A stretch of DNA of 64,000 bases from Eledone cirrhosa. Taxonomy: Eukaryota. Positions 14,282 through 27,900 of this stretch are shown here, in pieces. The notes beneath the pieces are model-generated. The model had not been told where the DNA came from and searched no databases. It saw nothing but the letters and a program-made list of their open reading frames with translations. The position numbers and the translations under genes are program-made. The DNA lies in assembly GCA_964016885.1 (NCBI GenBank), contig OZ024741.1, positions 7,068,001 to 7,132,000 on the forward strand. The letters are read 5' to 3'. Position 1 is the stretch's first letter. Each line of letters opens with the position of its first letter.

Positions 14282-17200
14282 GGAGGGTATAAATGGGTTT
14301 AAAGTAGGAATGTTAGGTGGAGGGTATAAACAGTTTTAAACTAAGAGTGTTAGGTGAAGGCTATAAATAGGTTTAAACTAGGAATACTAGGTGGAGGGTA
14401 TAAATAGATTTAAACTAGGAGTGTTAGGTGGAGGGTATAAAAAGGTTTAAACTAGGATTGTTAGGTTCAGGGTATAAATAGGTTTAAAGTAGGAATGTTA
14501 GGTAGAGTGTATAAATAGGTTTAAACTAGGAATGTTAGGTGGAGGGTATAAATAGGTTTAAACTAGGAATGTTAGGTGGAGGGTATAAATAGGTTTAAAC
14601 TAGGAATGTTAGGTGGAGGGTATAAATAGTTTTCAACTAGGAATGTTAGGTAGAGGGTATAAAGAGGTTTAAAGTAGGAATGTTAGGCGGAGGGTATAAA
14701 TAGGTTTAAACTAGGAATGTTAGGTAGAGGGTATAAATAGGTTTAAAGTAGGAATGTTAGGTAGAGGGTATAAATAGGTTTAAAGTAGGAATGTTAGGTG
14801 GAGTGTATAAATAGGTATAAAGTAGGAATGTTAGGTGAAGGGTATAAACAGGTTTAAACTAGGAATGTTATGTAGAGGGTATAAACAGGTTTAAACTAGG
14901 AATGTTAGGTGGAGGGTATAAACAGTTTTAAACTAGAAATGTTAGGTAGAGGGTATAAATAGGTTTAAAGTAGGAAAATTAAGTTGAAGGTATAAACAGT
15001 TTTAAACTAGGAATGTTAGGTAGAGGGTATAAACAGGTTTAAAGTAGGAATGTTAGGTGAAGGGTATAAATAGGTTTAAACTAGGAATGTTAGGTGGAGG
15101 GTATAAATGAGTTTAAAGTAGGAATGTTAGGTGAAGGCTATAAACAGGTTTAAACTAGGAGCGTTAGGTAGAGGGTATAAACAGGTTTAAAGTAGGAATG
15201 TTAGGTGAAGGGTATAAATAGGTTTAAACTAGGAATGTTAGGTGGAGGGTATAAATATGTTTAAACTAGGAATGTTAGGTAGAAGGTATAAATAGGTTTA
15301 AACTAGGAATGTTAATTGGAGGGTATAAATAGGTTTAAACTAGGAATGTTAGGTGGAGGGTATAAATAGGTTTAAAGTAGGAGTGCTAGGTAGAGGGTAC
15401 AAAAGGTTTAAAGTAGAAATGTTAGGTAGAGGGTATAAATAGGTTTAAAATAGGAATGTTAGGTGGAGGGTATAAATAGGTTTAAAGTAGGAATGTTAGG
15501 TAGAGGGTATAAACAGGTTTAAACTAGGAATGTTAGGTGGAGGGTATAAATAGGTTTAAACTAGGAATGTTAGGTGGAGGGTATAAATAGGTTTAAAGTA
15601 GAAATGTTAGGTGAAGGGTATAAATAGGTTTAAACTAGGAATGTTAGGTGGAGGGTATAAATGGGTTTAAAGTAGGAATGTTAGGTGGAGGGTATAAACA
15701 GTTTTAAACTAAGAGTGTTAGGTGAAGGCTATAAATAGGTTTAAACTAGGAATACTAGGTGGAGGGTATAAATAGATTTAAACTAGGAGTGTTAGGTGGA
15801 GGGTATAAATAGGTTTAAACTAGGATTGTTAGGTTCAGGGTATAAATAGGTTTAAAGTAGGAATGTTAGGTAGAGTCTATAAATAGGTTTAAACTAGGAA
15901 TGTTAGGTGGAGGGTATAAATAGGTTTAAACTAGGAATGTTAGGTGGAGGGTATAAATGGGTTTAAAGTAGGCATGTTAGGTGAAGGCTATAAACAGGTT
16001 TAAACTAGGAATATTAGGTGGAGGGTATAAATAGGTTTAAACTAGGAGTGTTAGTTGGATGGTATAAATAGGTTTAAACTAGGAATGTTAGGTGGAGGGT
16101 ATAAATAGGTTTAAACTAGGAATGTTAGGTGGAGGGTATAAACAGTTTTAAACTTGGAATGTTAGGTAGAGGGTATAAAGAGGTTTAAAGTAGGAATGTT
16201 AGGCGGAGGGTATAAATAGGTTTAAACTAGGAACGTTAGGTAGAGGGTATAAACAGCTTTAAAGTAGGAATGTTAGGTAGAGGGTATAAATAGGTTTAAA
16301 GTAGGAATGTTAGGTGGAGGGTATAAATAGGTTTAAAGTAGGAGTGTTAGGTGAACGGTATAAATAGGTTTAAAGTAGGAAAGTTAGGTGAAGGGTATAA
16401 ATAGGTTTAAACAAGGAATGTCAGGTGCAGGGTATAAACAGGTTTAAACTAAGAATGTTAGGTGAAGGGTATAAATATGTTTAAACTAGGAGTGTTAGGT
16501 AGAAGGTATAAATAGGTTTAAACTAGGAATATTAGGTGGAGGGTATAAATAAGTTTAAACTAGGAGTGTTAGGTGAAGGCTATAAATAGGTTTAAACTAG
16601 CAATGTCAGGTGCAGGGTATAAATAGGTTTAAACTAAGAGTGTTAGGTGAAGGGTATAAATAGGTTTAAACTAGGAGTGTTAGGTGAAGGCTATAAATAG
16701 GTTTAAACTAGGAATATTAGGTGGAGGGTATAAATAGGTTTAAACTAGGAATGTTAGGTGGAGGGTACAAATAGGTTTAAACTAGGAGTGTTAGGTGAAG
16801 GCTATAAATAGGTTTAAACTAGGAATATTAGGTGGAGGGTATAAATAGGTTTAAACTAGGAATGTTAGGTGGAGGGTACAAATAGGTTTAAACTAGGAGT
16901 GTTAGGTGAAGACTATAAATAGGTTTAAACTATGAATATTAAGTGGAGGGTATAAATAGGTTTAAACTAGCAGTGTTAGGTGGAGGGTATAAACAGGTTT
17001 AAACTAGGAATGTTAGGTTGAGGGTATAAAAAGGTTTAAACTAGGAGTGTCAGGTGAAGGCTATAAATATGTTTAAACTAGGAATATTAGGTGGAGGGTA
17101 TAAATAGGTTTAAACTAGGAGTGTTAGGTGGAGGGTATAAACAGGTTTAAACTAGGAGTGTTAAATGAAGGCCATAAATAGGTTTAAACTAGGAATATTA

Positions 17201-20200
17201 GGTGGAGGATATAAATAGGTTTAAACTAGGAATGTTAGGTGGAGGTTAGAAATAGGTTTAAACTAGGAATATCAGGTGGAGGGTATAAATAGGTTTAAAC
17301 TAGGAGTGTTAGGTGGAGGGTATAAACAGGTTTAAACTAGGAATGTTAGGTTGAGGGTATAAAAAGGTTTAAACTAGGAGTGTTAGGTGAAGGCTATAAA
17401 TATGTTTAAACTAGGAATATTAGGTGGAGGGTATAAATAGGTTTAAACTAGGAGTGTTAGGTGGAGGGTATAAACAGGTTTAAACTAGGAGTGTTAAATG
17501 AAGGCCATAAATAGGTTTAAACTAGGAATATTAGGTGGAGGATATAAATAGGTTTAAACTAGGAATGTTAGGTGGAGGTTAGAAATAGGTTTAAACTAGG
17601 AATATCAGGTGGAGGGTATAAATAGGTTTAAACTAGGAATGTTAGGTGGAGGGTATAAATATGTTTAAACTAGGAATGTTAGGTAGAAGGTATAAATAGG
17701 TTTAAACTAGGAATGTTAGGTGGAGGGTATAAATAGGTTTAAACTAGGAGTGTTAGGTGGAGGGTATAAAGAGGTTTAAACTAGGAATGTTAGGTGGAGC
17801 GTGTAAATAGGTTTAAAGTAGGAATGTTAGGTAGAGGGTATAAATAGGTTTAAACTAAGAATGTTAGGTGGAGGGAATAAACAGGTTCAAACTAGGAATG
17901 TTAGGTGGAGTGTATAAATAGGTTTAAACTAGGAATGTTAGGTGGAGGGTATAAATAGTTTTAAACTAGGAGTGTTAGGTGAAGGCTATAAATAGGTTTA
18001 AACTAGGAATATTAGGTGGAGGGTATAAATAGGTTTAAACTAGGAGTGTTAGGTGGAGGGTATAAAGAGGTTAAACTAGGAATGTTAGGTGGAGCGTATA
18101 AATAGGTTTAAAGTAGGAATGTTAGGTAGAGGCTATAAATAGGTTTAAACTAGGAATGTTAGGTGGAGGGTATAAATAGGTTTATACTAGGAATGTTAGG
18201 TGGAGGGTATAAATAGGTTTAAACTAGGAATGTTAGGTGGAGGGTATAAATAGTTTTAAACTAGGAGTTTTAGGTGAAGGCTATAAATAGGTTTAAACTA
18301 GGAATATTAGGTGGAGGGTATAAATAGGTTTAAACTAGGAGTGTTAGGTGGAGGGTATAAACAGGTTTAAACTAGGAATGTTAGGTTGAGGGTATAAACA
18401 GGTTTAAACTAGGAGTGTTAGGTGAAGGCTATAAATAGGTTTAAACTAGGAATATTAGGTGGAGGGTATAAATAGGTTTAAACTAGGAGTGTTAAGTGGA
18501 GGGTATAAATAGGTTTAAACTAGGAGTGTTAGGTGAAGGCCATAAATAGGTTTAAACTAGGAATATTAGGTGAAGGGTATAAATAGGTTTAAACTAGGAA
18601 TGTTAGGTGGAGGTTAAAAATAGGTTTAAACTAGGAATGTTAGGTGGAGGGTATAAATAGGTTTAAACTAGGAATGTTAGGTGGAGGGTATAAATATGTT
18701 TAAACTAGGAATGTTAAGTGGAGGGTATAAATAGGTTTAAACTAGGAATGTTAGGTGGAGGGTATAAATAGGTTTAAAGTAGGAGTGCTAGGTAGAGGGT
18801 ATAAAAGGTTTAAAGTAGAAATGTTAGGTAGAGGGTATAAATAGGTTTAAAATAGGAATGTTAGGTGGAGAGTATAAATAGGTTTAAAGTAGGAATGTTA
18901 GGTAGAGGGTATAAACAGGTTTAAACTAGGAATGTTAGGTGGAGGGTATAAATAGGTTTAAACTAGAAGTGTTAGGTAGAGGGTATAAACAGGTTTAAAG
19001 TAGGAATGTTAGGTTGAGGGTATAAAAGGTTTAAACTAGGAATGTTAGGTAGAGGGTATAAATAGGTTTAAACTAGGAATGTTAGGTGGAGGGTATAAAT
19101 AGGTTTAAAGTAGGAATGTTAGGTGAAGGGTATAAATAGGTTTAAACTAGGAATGTTAGGTGGAGGGTATAAATGGGTTTAAAGTAGGAATGTTAGGTGG
19201 AGGGTATAAACAGTTTTAAACTAAGAGTGTTAGGTGAAGGCTATAAATAGGTTTAAACTAGGAATACTAGGTGGAGGGTATAAATAGATTTAAACTAGGA
19301 GTGTTAGGTGGAGGGTATAAAAAGGTTTAAACTAGGATTGTTAGGTTCAGGGTATAAATAGGTTTAAAGTAGGAATGTTAGGTAGAGTGTATAAATAGGT
19401 TTAAACTAGGAATGTTAGGTGGAGGGTATAAATAGGTTTAAACTAGGAATGTTAGGTGGAGGGTATAAATAGGTTTAAACTAGGAATGTTAGGTGGAGGG
19501 TATAAATAGTTTTCAACTAGGAATGTTAGGTAGAGGGTATAAAGAGGTTTAAAGTAGGAATGTTAGGCGGAGGGTATAAATAGGTTTAAACTAGGAATGT
19601 TAGGTAGAGGGTATAAACAGGTTTAAAGTAGGAATGTTAGGTAGAGGGTATAAATAGGTTTAAAGTAGGAATGTTAGGTGGAGTGTATAAATAGGTATAA
19701 AGTAGGAATGTTAGGTGAAGGGTATAAACAGGTTTAAACTAGGAATGTTATGTAGAGGGTATAAACAGGTTTAAACTAGGAATGTTAGGTGGAGGGTATA
19801 AACAGTTTTAAACTAGAAATGTTAGGTAGAGGGTATAAATAGGTTTAAAGTAGGAAAATTAAGTTGAAGGTATAAACAGTTTTAAACTAGGAATGTTAGG
19901 TAGAGGGTATAAACAGGTTTAAAGTAGGAATGTTAGGTGAAGGGTATAAATAGGTTTAAACTAGGAATGTTAGGTGGAGGGTATAAATGAGTTTAAAGTA
20001 GGAATGTTAGGTGAAGGCTATAAACAGGTTTAAACTAGGAGCGTTAGGTGGAGGGTATAAACAGGTTTAAACTAGCAGTGTTAGGTGAAGGGTATAAACA
20101 GGTTTAAAGTAGGAGTGTTAGGTGAAGGGTATAAATAGGTTTAAACTAGGAATGTTAGGTGGAGTGTATAAATAGGTTTAAACTAGGAATGTTAGGTGGA

Positions 20201-22869
20201 GGGTATAAACAGTTTTAAACTAGGAATGTTAGGTTGAGGGTATAAACAGGTTTAAACTAGCAGTGTTAGGTGAAGGGTATAAACAGGTTTAAAGTAGGAG
20301 GGTTAGGTGAAGGGTATAAATAGGTTTAAACTAGGAATGTTAGGTGGAGGGTATAAATAGGTTTAAACTAGGAATGTTAGGTGGAGGGTATAAACAGTTT
20401 TAAACTAGGAATGTTAGGTTGAGGGTATAAAAAGGTTTAAACTAGGAGTGTTAGGTGAAGGCTATAAATAGGTTTAAACTAGGAATATTAGGTGGAGGGT
20501 ATAAATAGGTTTAAACTAGGAGTGTTATGTGGAGGGTATAAATAGGTTTAAACTAGGAGTGTTAGGTGAAGGCCATAAATAGGTTTAAACTAGGAATATT
20601 AGGTGAAGGGTATAAATAGGTTTAAACTAGGAATGTTAGGTGGAGGTTAAAAATAGGTTTAAACTAGGAATGTTAGGTGGAGGGTATAAATAGGTTTAAA
20701 CTAGGAATGTTAGGTGGAGGGTATAAATATGTTTAAACTAGGAATGTTAGGTGGAGGGTATAAATAGGTTTAAAGTAGGAGTGTTAGGTAGAGGGTATAA
20801 ACAGGTTTAAAGTAGGAATGTTAGGTAGAGGGTATAAATAGGTTTAAAATAGGAATGTTAGGTGGAGGGTATAAATAGGTTTAAAGTAGGAATGTTAGGT
20901 AGAGGGTATAAACAGGTTTAAACTAGGAATGTTAGGTGGAGAGTATAAATAGGTTTAAACTAGAAGTGTTAGGTAGAGGGTATAAATAGGTTTAAAGTAG
21001 GAATGTTAGGTTGAGGGTATAAACAGGTTTAAACTAGGAATGTTAGGTAGAGTGTATAAATAGGTTTAAACTAGGAATGTTAGGTGGAGGGTATAAACAG
21101 GTTTAAAGTAGGAATGTTAGGTGAAGGGTATAAATAGGTTTAAACTAGGAATGTTAGGTGGAGGGTATAAATGGGTTTAAAGTAGGAATGTTAGGTAGAG
21201 GGTATAAATAGTTTTAAACTAGGAATGTTAGGTGGAGGGTATAAATAGGTTTAAACTAGAAGTGTTAGGTAGAGGGTATAAACAGGTTTGAAAGTAGGAA
21301 TGTTAGGTTGACGGTATAAACAGGTTTAAACTAGGAATGTTAGGTAGAGGGTATAAATAGGTTTAAACTAGGAATGTTAGGTGGAGGGTATAAATAGGTT
21401 TAAAGTAGTTATGTTAGGTGAAGGGTATAAATAGGTTTAAACTAGGAATGTTAGGTGGAGGGTATAAATGGGTTTAAAGTAGGAATGTTAGGTGGAGGGT
21501 ATAAACAGTTTTTAACTAAGAGTGTTAGGTGAAGGCTATAAATAGATTTAAACTAGGAGTGTTAGGTGGAGGGTATAAATAGGTTTAAACTAGGATTGTT
21601 AGGTTCAGGGTATAAATAGGTTTAAAGTAGGAATGTTAGGTAGAGTGTATAAATAGGTTTAAACTAGGAATGTTAGGTGGAGGGTATAAATAGGTTTAAA
21701 CTAGGAATGTTAGGTGGAGGGTATAAACAGTTTTCAACTAGGAATGTTAGGTAGAGTGTATAAAGATGTTTAAAGTAGGAATGTTAGGCGGAGGGTATAA
21801 ATAGGTTTAAACTAGGAATGTTAGGTAGAGGGTATAAATAGGTTTAAAGTAGGAATGTTAGGTAGAGGGTATAAATAGGTTTAAAGTAGGAATGTTAGGT
21901 GGAGGGTATAAATAGGTATAAAGTAGGAATGTTAGGTGAAGGGTATAAACAGGTTTAAACTAGGAATGTTAGGTAGAGGGTATAAACAGATTTAAACTAG
22001 GAATGTTAGGTGGAGGGTATAAACAGTTTTAAACTAGAAATGTTAGGTAGAGGGTATAAATAGGTTTAAAGTAGGAAAATTAAGTTGAGGGTATAAACAG
22101 TTTTAAACTAGGAATGTTAGGTAGAGGGTATAAACAGGTTTAAAGTAGGAATGTTAGGTGAAGGGTATAAATAGGTTTAAACTAGGAATGTTAGGTGGAG
22201 GGTATAAATGAGTTTAAAGTAGGAATGTTAGGTGAAGGCTATAAACAGGTTTAAACTAGGAGTGTTAGGTGGAGGGTATAAACAGGTTTAAACTAGCAGT
22301 GTTAGGTGAAGGGTATAAACAGGTTTAAAGTAGGAGTGTTAGGTGAAGGGTATAAATAGGTTTCAACTAGGAATGTTAGGTGGAGGGTATAAATAGGTTT
22401 AAACTAGGAATGTTAGGTGGAGGGTATAAACAGTTTTAAACTAGGAATGTTAGGTTGAGGGTATAAACAGGTTTAAACTAGGAGTGTTAAGTGGAGGGTA
22501 TAAATAGGTTTAAACTAGGAGTGTTAGGTGAAGGCCATAAATAGGTTTAAACTAGGAATATTAGGTGAAGGGTATAAATAGGTTTAAACTAGGAATGTTA
22601 GGTGGAGTTTAAAAATAGGTTTAAACTAGGAATGTTAGGTGGAGGGTATAAATAGGTTTAAACTAGGAATGTTAGGTGGAGGGTATAAATATGTTTAAAC
22701 TAGGAATGTTAGGTAGAAGGTATAAATAGGTTTAAACTAGGAATGTTAGGTGGAGGGTATAAATAGGTTTAAACTAGGAATGTTAGGTGGAGGGTATAAA
22801 TAGGTTTAAAGTAGGAGTGTTAGGTAGAGGGTATAAACAGGTTTAAAGTAGGAATGTTAGGTAGAGGGT

Positions 22870-25800
22870 ATAAATAGGTTTAAAATAGGAATGTTAGGTG
22901 GAGGGTATAAATAGGTTTAAAGTAGGAATGTTAGGTAGAGGGTATAAACAGGTTTAAACTAGGAATGTTAGGTGGAGGGTATAAACAGGTTTAAACTAGA
23001 AGTGTTAGGTAGAGGGTATAAATAGGTTTAAAGTAGGAATGTTAGGTTGAGGGTATAAACAGGTTTGAACTAGGAATGTTAGGTAGAGGGTATAAATAGG
23101 TTTAAACTAGGAATGTTAGGTGGAGGTTATAAACAGGTTTAAAGTAGGAATGTTAGGTGAAGGGTATAAATAGGTTTAAACTAGGAATGTTAGGTGGAGG
23201 GTATAAATGGGTTTAAAGTAGGAATGTTAGGTGGAGGGTATAAACAGTTTGAAACTAAGAGTGTTAGGTGAAGGCTATAAATAGGTTTAAACTAGGAATA
23301 TTAGGTGGAGGGTATAAATAGATTTAAACTAGGAGTGTTAGGTGGAGGGTATAAATAGGTTTAAACTAGGATTGTTAGGTTCAGGGTATAAACAGGTTTA
23401 AAGTAGGAATGTTAGGTAGAGTGTATAAATAGGTTTAAACTAGGAATGTTAGGTGGAGGGTATAAATAGGTTTAAACTAGGAATGTTAGGTGGAGGGTAT
23501 AAATAGGTTTAAATATGGAATGTTAGGTGGAGGGTATAAATAGTTTTCAACTAGGAATGTTAGGTAGAGGGTATAAAGAGGTTTAAAGTAGGAATGTTAG
23601 GCGGAGGGTATAAATAGGTTTAAACTAGGAATGTTAGGTAGAGGGTATAAATAGGTTTAAAGTAGGAATGTTAGGTAGAGGGTATAAATAGGTTTAAAGT
23701 AGGAATGTTAGGTCAAGGGTATAAACAGGTTTAAACTAGGAATGTTAGGTAGAGGGTATAAACAGGTTTAAACTAGGAATGTTAGGTGGAGGGTATAAAC
23801 AGGTTTAAACTAGAAATGTTAGGTAGATGGTATAAATAGGTTTAAAGTAGGAAAATTAAGTTGAGGGTATAAACAGGTTTAAACTAGGAATGTTAGGTAG
23901 AGGGTATAAACAGGTTTAAAGTAGGAATGTTAGGTGAAGGGTATAAATAGGTTTAAACTAGGAATGTTAGGTGGAGGGTATAAATGAGTTTAAAGTAGGA
24001 ATGTTAGGTGAAGGCTATAAACAGGTTTAAACTAGGAGTGTTAAGTGGAGGGTATAAACAGGTTTAAACTAGGAGTGTTAGGTGAAGGGTATAAACAGGT
24101 GTAAAGTAGGAGTGTTAGGTGAAGGGTATAAATAGGTTTAAACTAGGAATGTTAGGTGGAGGGTATAAACAGGTTTAAACTAGGAATGTTAGGTGGAGGG
24201 TATAAACAGTTTTAAACTAGGAGTGTTAGGTGAAGGCTATAAATAGATTTAAACTAGGAATATTAGGTGGAGGGTATAAATAGGTTTAAACTAGGAGTGT
24301 TAGGTGGAGGGTATAAATAGGTTTAAACTAGGAATGTTAGGTGGAGGGTATAAACAGGTTTAAACTAGAAATGTTAGGTAGAGGGTATAAATAGGTTTAA
24401 AGTAGGAATGTTAGGTGAAGGCTATAAACAGGTTTAAACTAGGAGTGTTAGGTGAAGGATACAAATAGGTTTAAACTAGTAATATTAGGTGGAGGTTATA
24501 AATAGGTTTAAACTAGGAATGTTAGGTGGAGGTTAAAAATAGGTTTAAACTAGGAATATTAGGTGGAGGTTATAAATAGGTTTAAACTAGGAATGTTAGG
24601 TTGAGGGTATAAATATTTTTAAACTAGGAATGTTAGGTAGAAGGTATGAATTGGTTTAAACTAGGAATGTTAGGTGGAGGGTATAAATAGGTTTAAACTA
24701 GGAGTGTTAGGTGCAGGGTATAAATAGGTTTAAACTAGGAATGTTAGGTGGAGGGTATAAATAGGTTTAAAGTAGGAATGTTAGGCGGAGGGTATAAATA
24801 GGTTTAAACTAGGAATGTTAGGTAGAGGGTATAAATAGGTTTAAAGTAGGAATGTTAGGTAGAGGGTATAAATAGGTTTAAATTAGGAATGTTAGGTGGA
24901 GGGTATAAATAGGTATAAATTAGGAATGTTAGGTGAAGGGTATAAATAGGTTTAAACTAGGAATGTTAGGTGGAGGGTATAAATAGGTTTAAACTAGGAG
25001 TGTTAGGTGCAGGGTATAAATAGGTTTAAACTAGGAATGTTAGGTGGAGGGTATAAATAGGTTTAAAGTAGGAATGTTAGGCGGAGGGTATAAATAGGTT
25101 TAAACTAGGAATGTTAGGTAGAGGGTATAAATAGGTTTAAAGTAGGAATGTTAGGTAGAGGGTATAAATAGGTTTAAAGTAGGAATGTTAGGTGGAGGGT
25201 ATAAATAGGTATAAAGTAGGAATGTTAGGTGAAGGGTATAAACAGGCTTAAACTAGGAATGTTAGGTGGAGGGTATAAACATGTTTAAACTAGAAATGTT
25301 AGGTAGAGGGTATAAATAGGTTTAAAGTAGGAATGTTAGGTGAAGGCTATAAACAGGTTTAAACTAGGAGTGTTAGGTGGAGGGTATCAACAGGTTTAAA
25401 CTAGGAGTGTTAGGTGAAGGGTATAAATAGGTTTAAAATAGGAATGTTAGGTGGAGGGTATAAATAGGTTTAAAGTAGGAATGTTAGGTAGAGGGTATAA
25501 ACAGGTTTAAACTAGGAATGTTAGGTGGAGGGTATAAACAGGTTTAAACTAGAAGTGTTAGGTAGAGGGTATAAATAGGTTTAAAGTAGGAATGTTAGGT
25601 TGAGGGTATAAACAGGTTTGAACTAGGAATGTTAGGTAGAGGGTATAAATAGGTTTAAACTAGGAATGTTAGGTGGAGGTTATAAACAGGTTTAAAGTAG
25701 GAATGTTAGGTGAAGGGTATAAATAGGTTTAAACTAGGAATGTTAGGTGGAGGGTATAAATGGGTTTAAAGTAGGAATGTTAGGTGGAGGGTATAAACAG

Positions 25801-27900
25801 TTTTAAACTAAGAGTGTTAGGTGAAGGCTATAAATAGGTTTAAACTAGGAATATTAGGTGGAGGGTATAAATAGATTTAAACTAGGAGTGTTAGGTGGAG
25901 GGTATAAATAGGTTTAAACTAGGATTGTTAGGTTCAGGGTATAAACAGGTTTAAAGTAGGAATGTTAGGTAGAGTGTATAAATAGGTTTAAACTAGGAAT
26001 GTTAGGTGGAGGGTATAAATAGGTTTAAACTAGGAATGTTAGGTGGAGGGTATAAATAGGTTTAAATATGGAATGTTAGGTGGAGGGTATAAATAGTTTT
26101 CAACTAGGAATGTTAGGTAGAGGGTATAAAGAGGTTTAAAGTAGGAATGTTAGGCGGAGGGTATAAATAGGTTTAAACTAGGAATGTTAGGTAGAGGGTA
26201 TAAATAGGTTTAAAGTAGGAATGTTAGGTAGAGGGTATAAATAGGTTTAAAGTAGGAATGTTAGGTCAAGGGTATAAACAGGTTTAAACTAGGAATGTTA
26301 GGTAGAGGGTATAAACAGGTTTAAACTAGGAATGTTAGGTGGAGGGTATAAACAGGTTTAAACTAGAAATGTTAGGTAGATGGTATAAATAGGTTTAAAG
26401 TAGGAAAATTAAGTTGAGGGTATAAACAGGTTTAAACTAGGAATGTTAGGTAGAGGGTATAAACAGGTTTAAAGTAGGAATGTTAGGTGAAGGGTATAAA
26501 TAGGTTTAAACTAGGAATGTTAGGTGGAGGGTATAAATGAGTTTAAAGTAGGAATGTTAGGTGAAGGCTATAAACAGGTTTAAACTAGGAGTGTTAAGTG
26601 GAGGGTATAAACAGGTTTAAACTAGGAGTGTTAGGTGAAGGGTATAAACAGGTGTAAAGTAGGAGTGTTAGGTGAAGGGTATAAATAGGTTTAAACTAGG
26701 AATGTTAGGTGGAGGGTATAAACAGGTTTAAACTAGGAATGTTAGGTGGAGGGTATAAACAGTTTTAAACTAGGAGTGTTAGGTGAAGGCTATAAATAGG
26801 TTTAAACTAGGAATATTAGGTGGAGGGTATAAATAGGTTTAAACTAGGAGTGTTAGGTGGAGGCTATAAATAGGTTTAAACTAGGAATGTTAGGTGGAGG
26901 GTATAAACAGGTTTAAACTAGAAATGTTAGGTAGAGGGTATAAATAGGTTTAAAGTAGGAATGTTAGGTGAAGGCTATAAACAGGTTTAAACTAGGAGTG
27001 TTAGGTGAAGGACACAAATAGGTTTAAACTAGTAATATTAGGTGGAGGTTATAAATAGGTTTAAACTAGGAATGTTAGGTGGAGGTTAAAAATAGGTTTA
27101 AACTAGGAATATTAGGTGGAGGTTATAAATAGGTTTAAACTAGGAATGTTAGGTTGAGGGTATAAATATTTTTAAACTAGGAATGTTAGGTAGAAGGTAT
27201 GAATTGGTTTAAACTAGGAATGTTAGGTGGAGGGTATAAATAGGTTTAAACTAGGAGTGTTAGGTGCAGGGTATAAATAGGTTTAAACTAGGAATGTTAG
27301 GTGGAGGGTATAAATAGGTTTAAAGTAGGAATGTTAGGCGGAGGGTATAAATAGGTTTAAACTAGGAATGTTAGGTAGAGGGTATAAATAGGTTTAAAGT
27401 AGGAATGTTAGGTAGAGGGTATAAATAGGTTTAAATTAGGAATGTTAGGTGGAGGGTATAAATAGGTATAAAGTAGGAATGTTAGGTGAAGGGTATAAAT
27501 AGTTTTAAACTAGGAATGTTAGGTGGAGGGTATAAATAGGTTTAAACTAGGAGTGTTAGGTGCAGGGTATAAATAGGTTTAAACTAGGAATGTTAGGTGG
27601 AGGGTATAAATAGGTTTAAAGTAGGAATGTTAGGTAGAGGGTATAAATAGGTTTAAAGTAGGAATGTTAGGTGGAGGGTATAAATAGGTATAAAGTAGGA
27701 ATGTTAGGTGAAGGGTATAAACAGGCTTAAACTAGGAATGTTAGGTGGAGGGTATAAACATGTTTAAACTAGAAATGTTAGGTAGAGGGTATAAATAGGT
27801 TTAAAGTAGGAATGTTAGGTGAAGGCTATAAACAGGTTTAAACTAGGAGTGTTAGGTGGAGGGTATCAACAGGTTTAAACTAGGAGTGTTAGGTGAAGGG
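22870..27900 (+). repeat. Tandem duplication of a 2,553-bp block (69 monomers); boundaries approximate
   Basis: Markers AAATATGG (23511/26064), GGTCAAGGG (23711/26264) and TATGAATTGG (G at 24648/27201) all recur at offset 2553 = 69x37. Confidence 0.8.
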
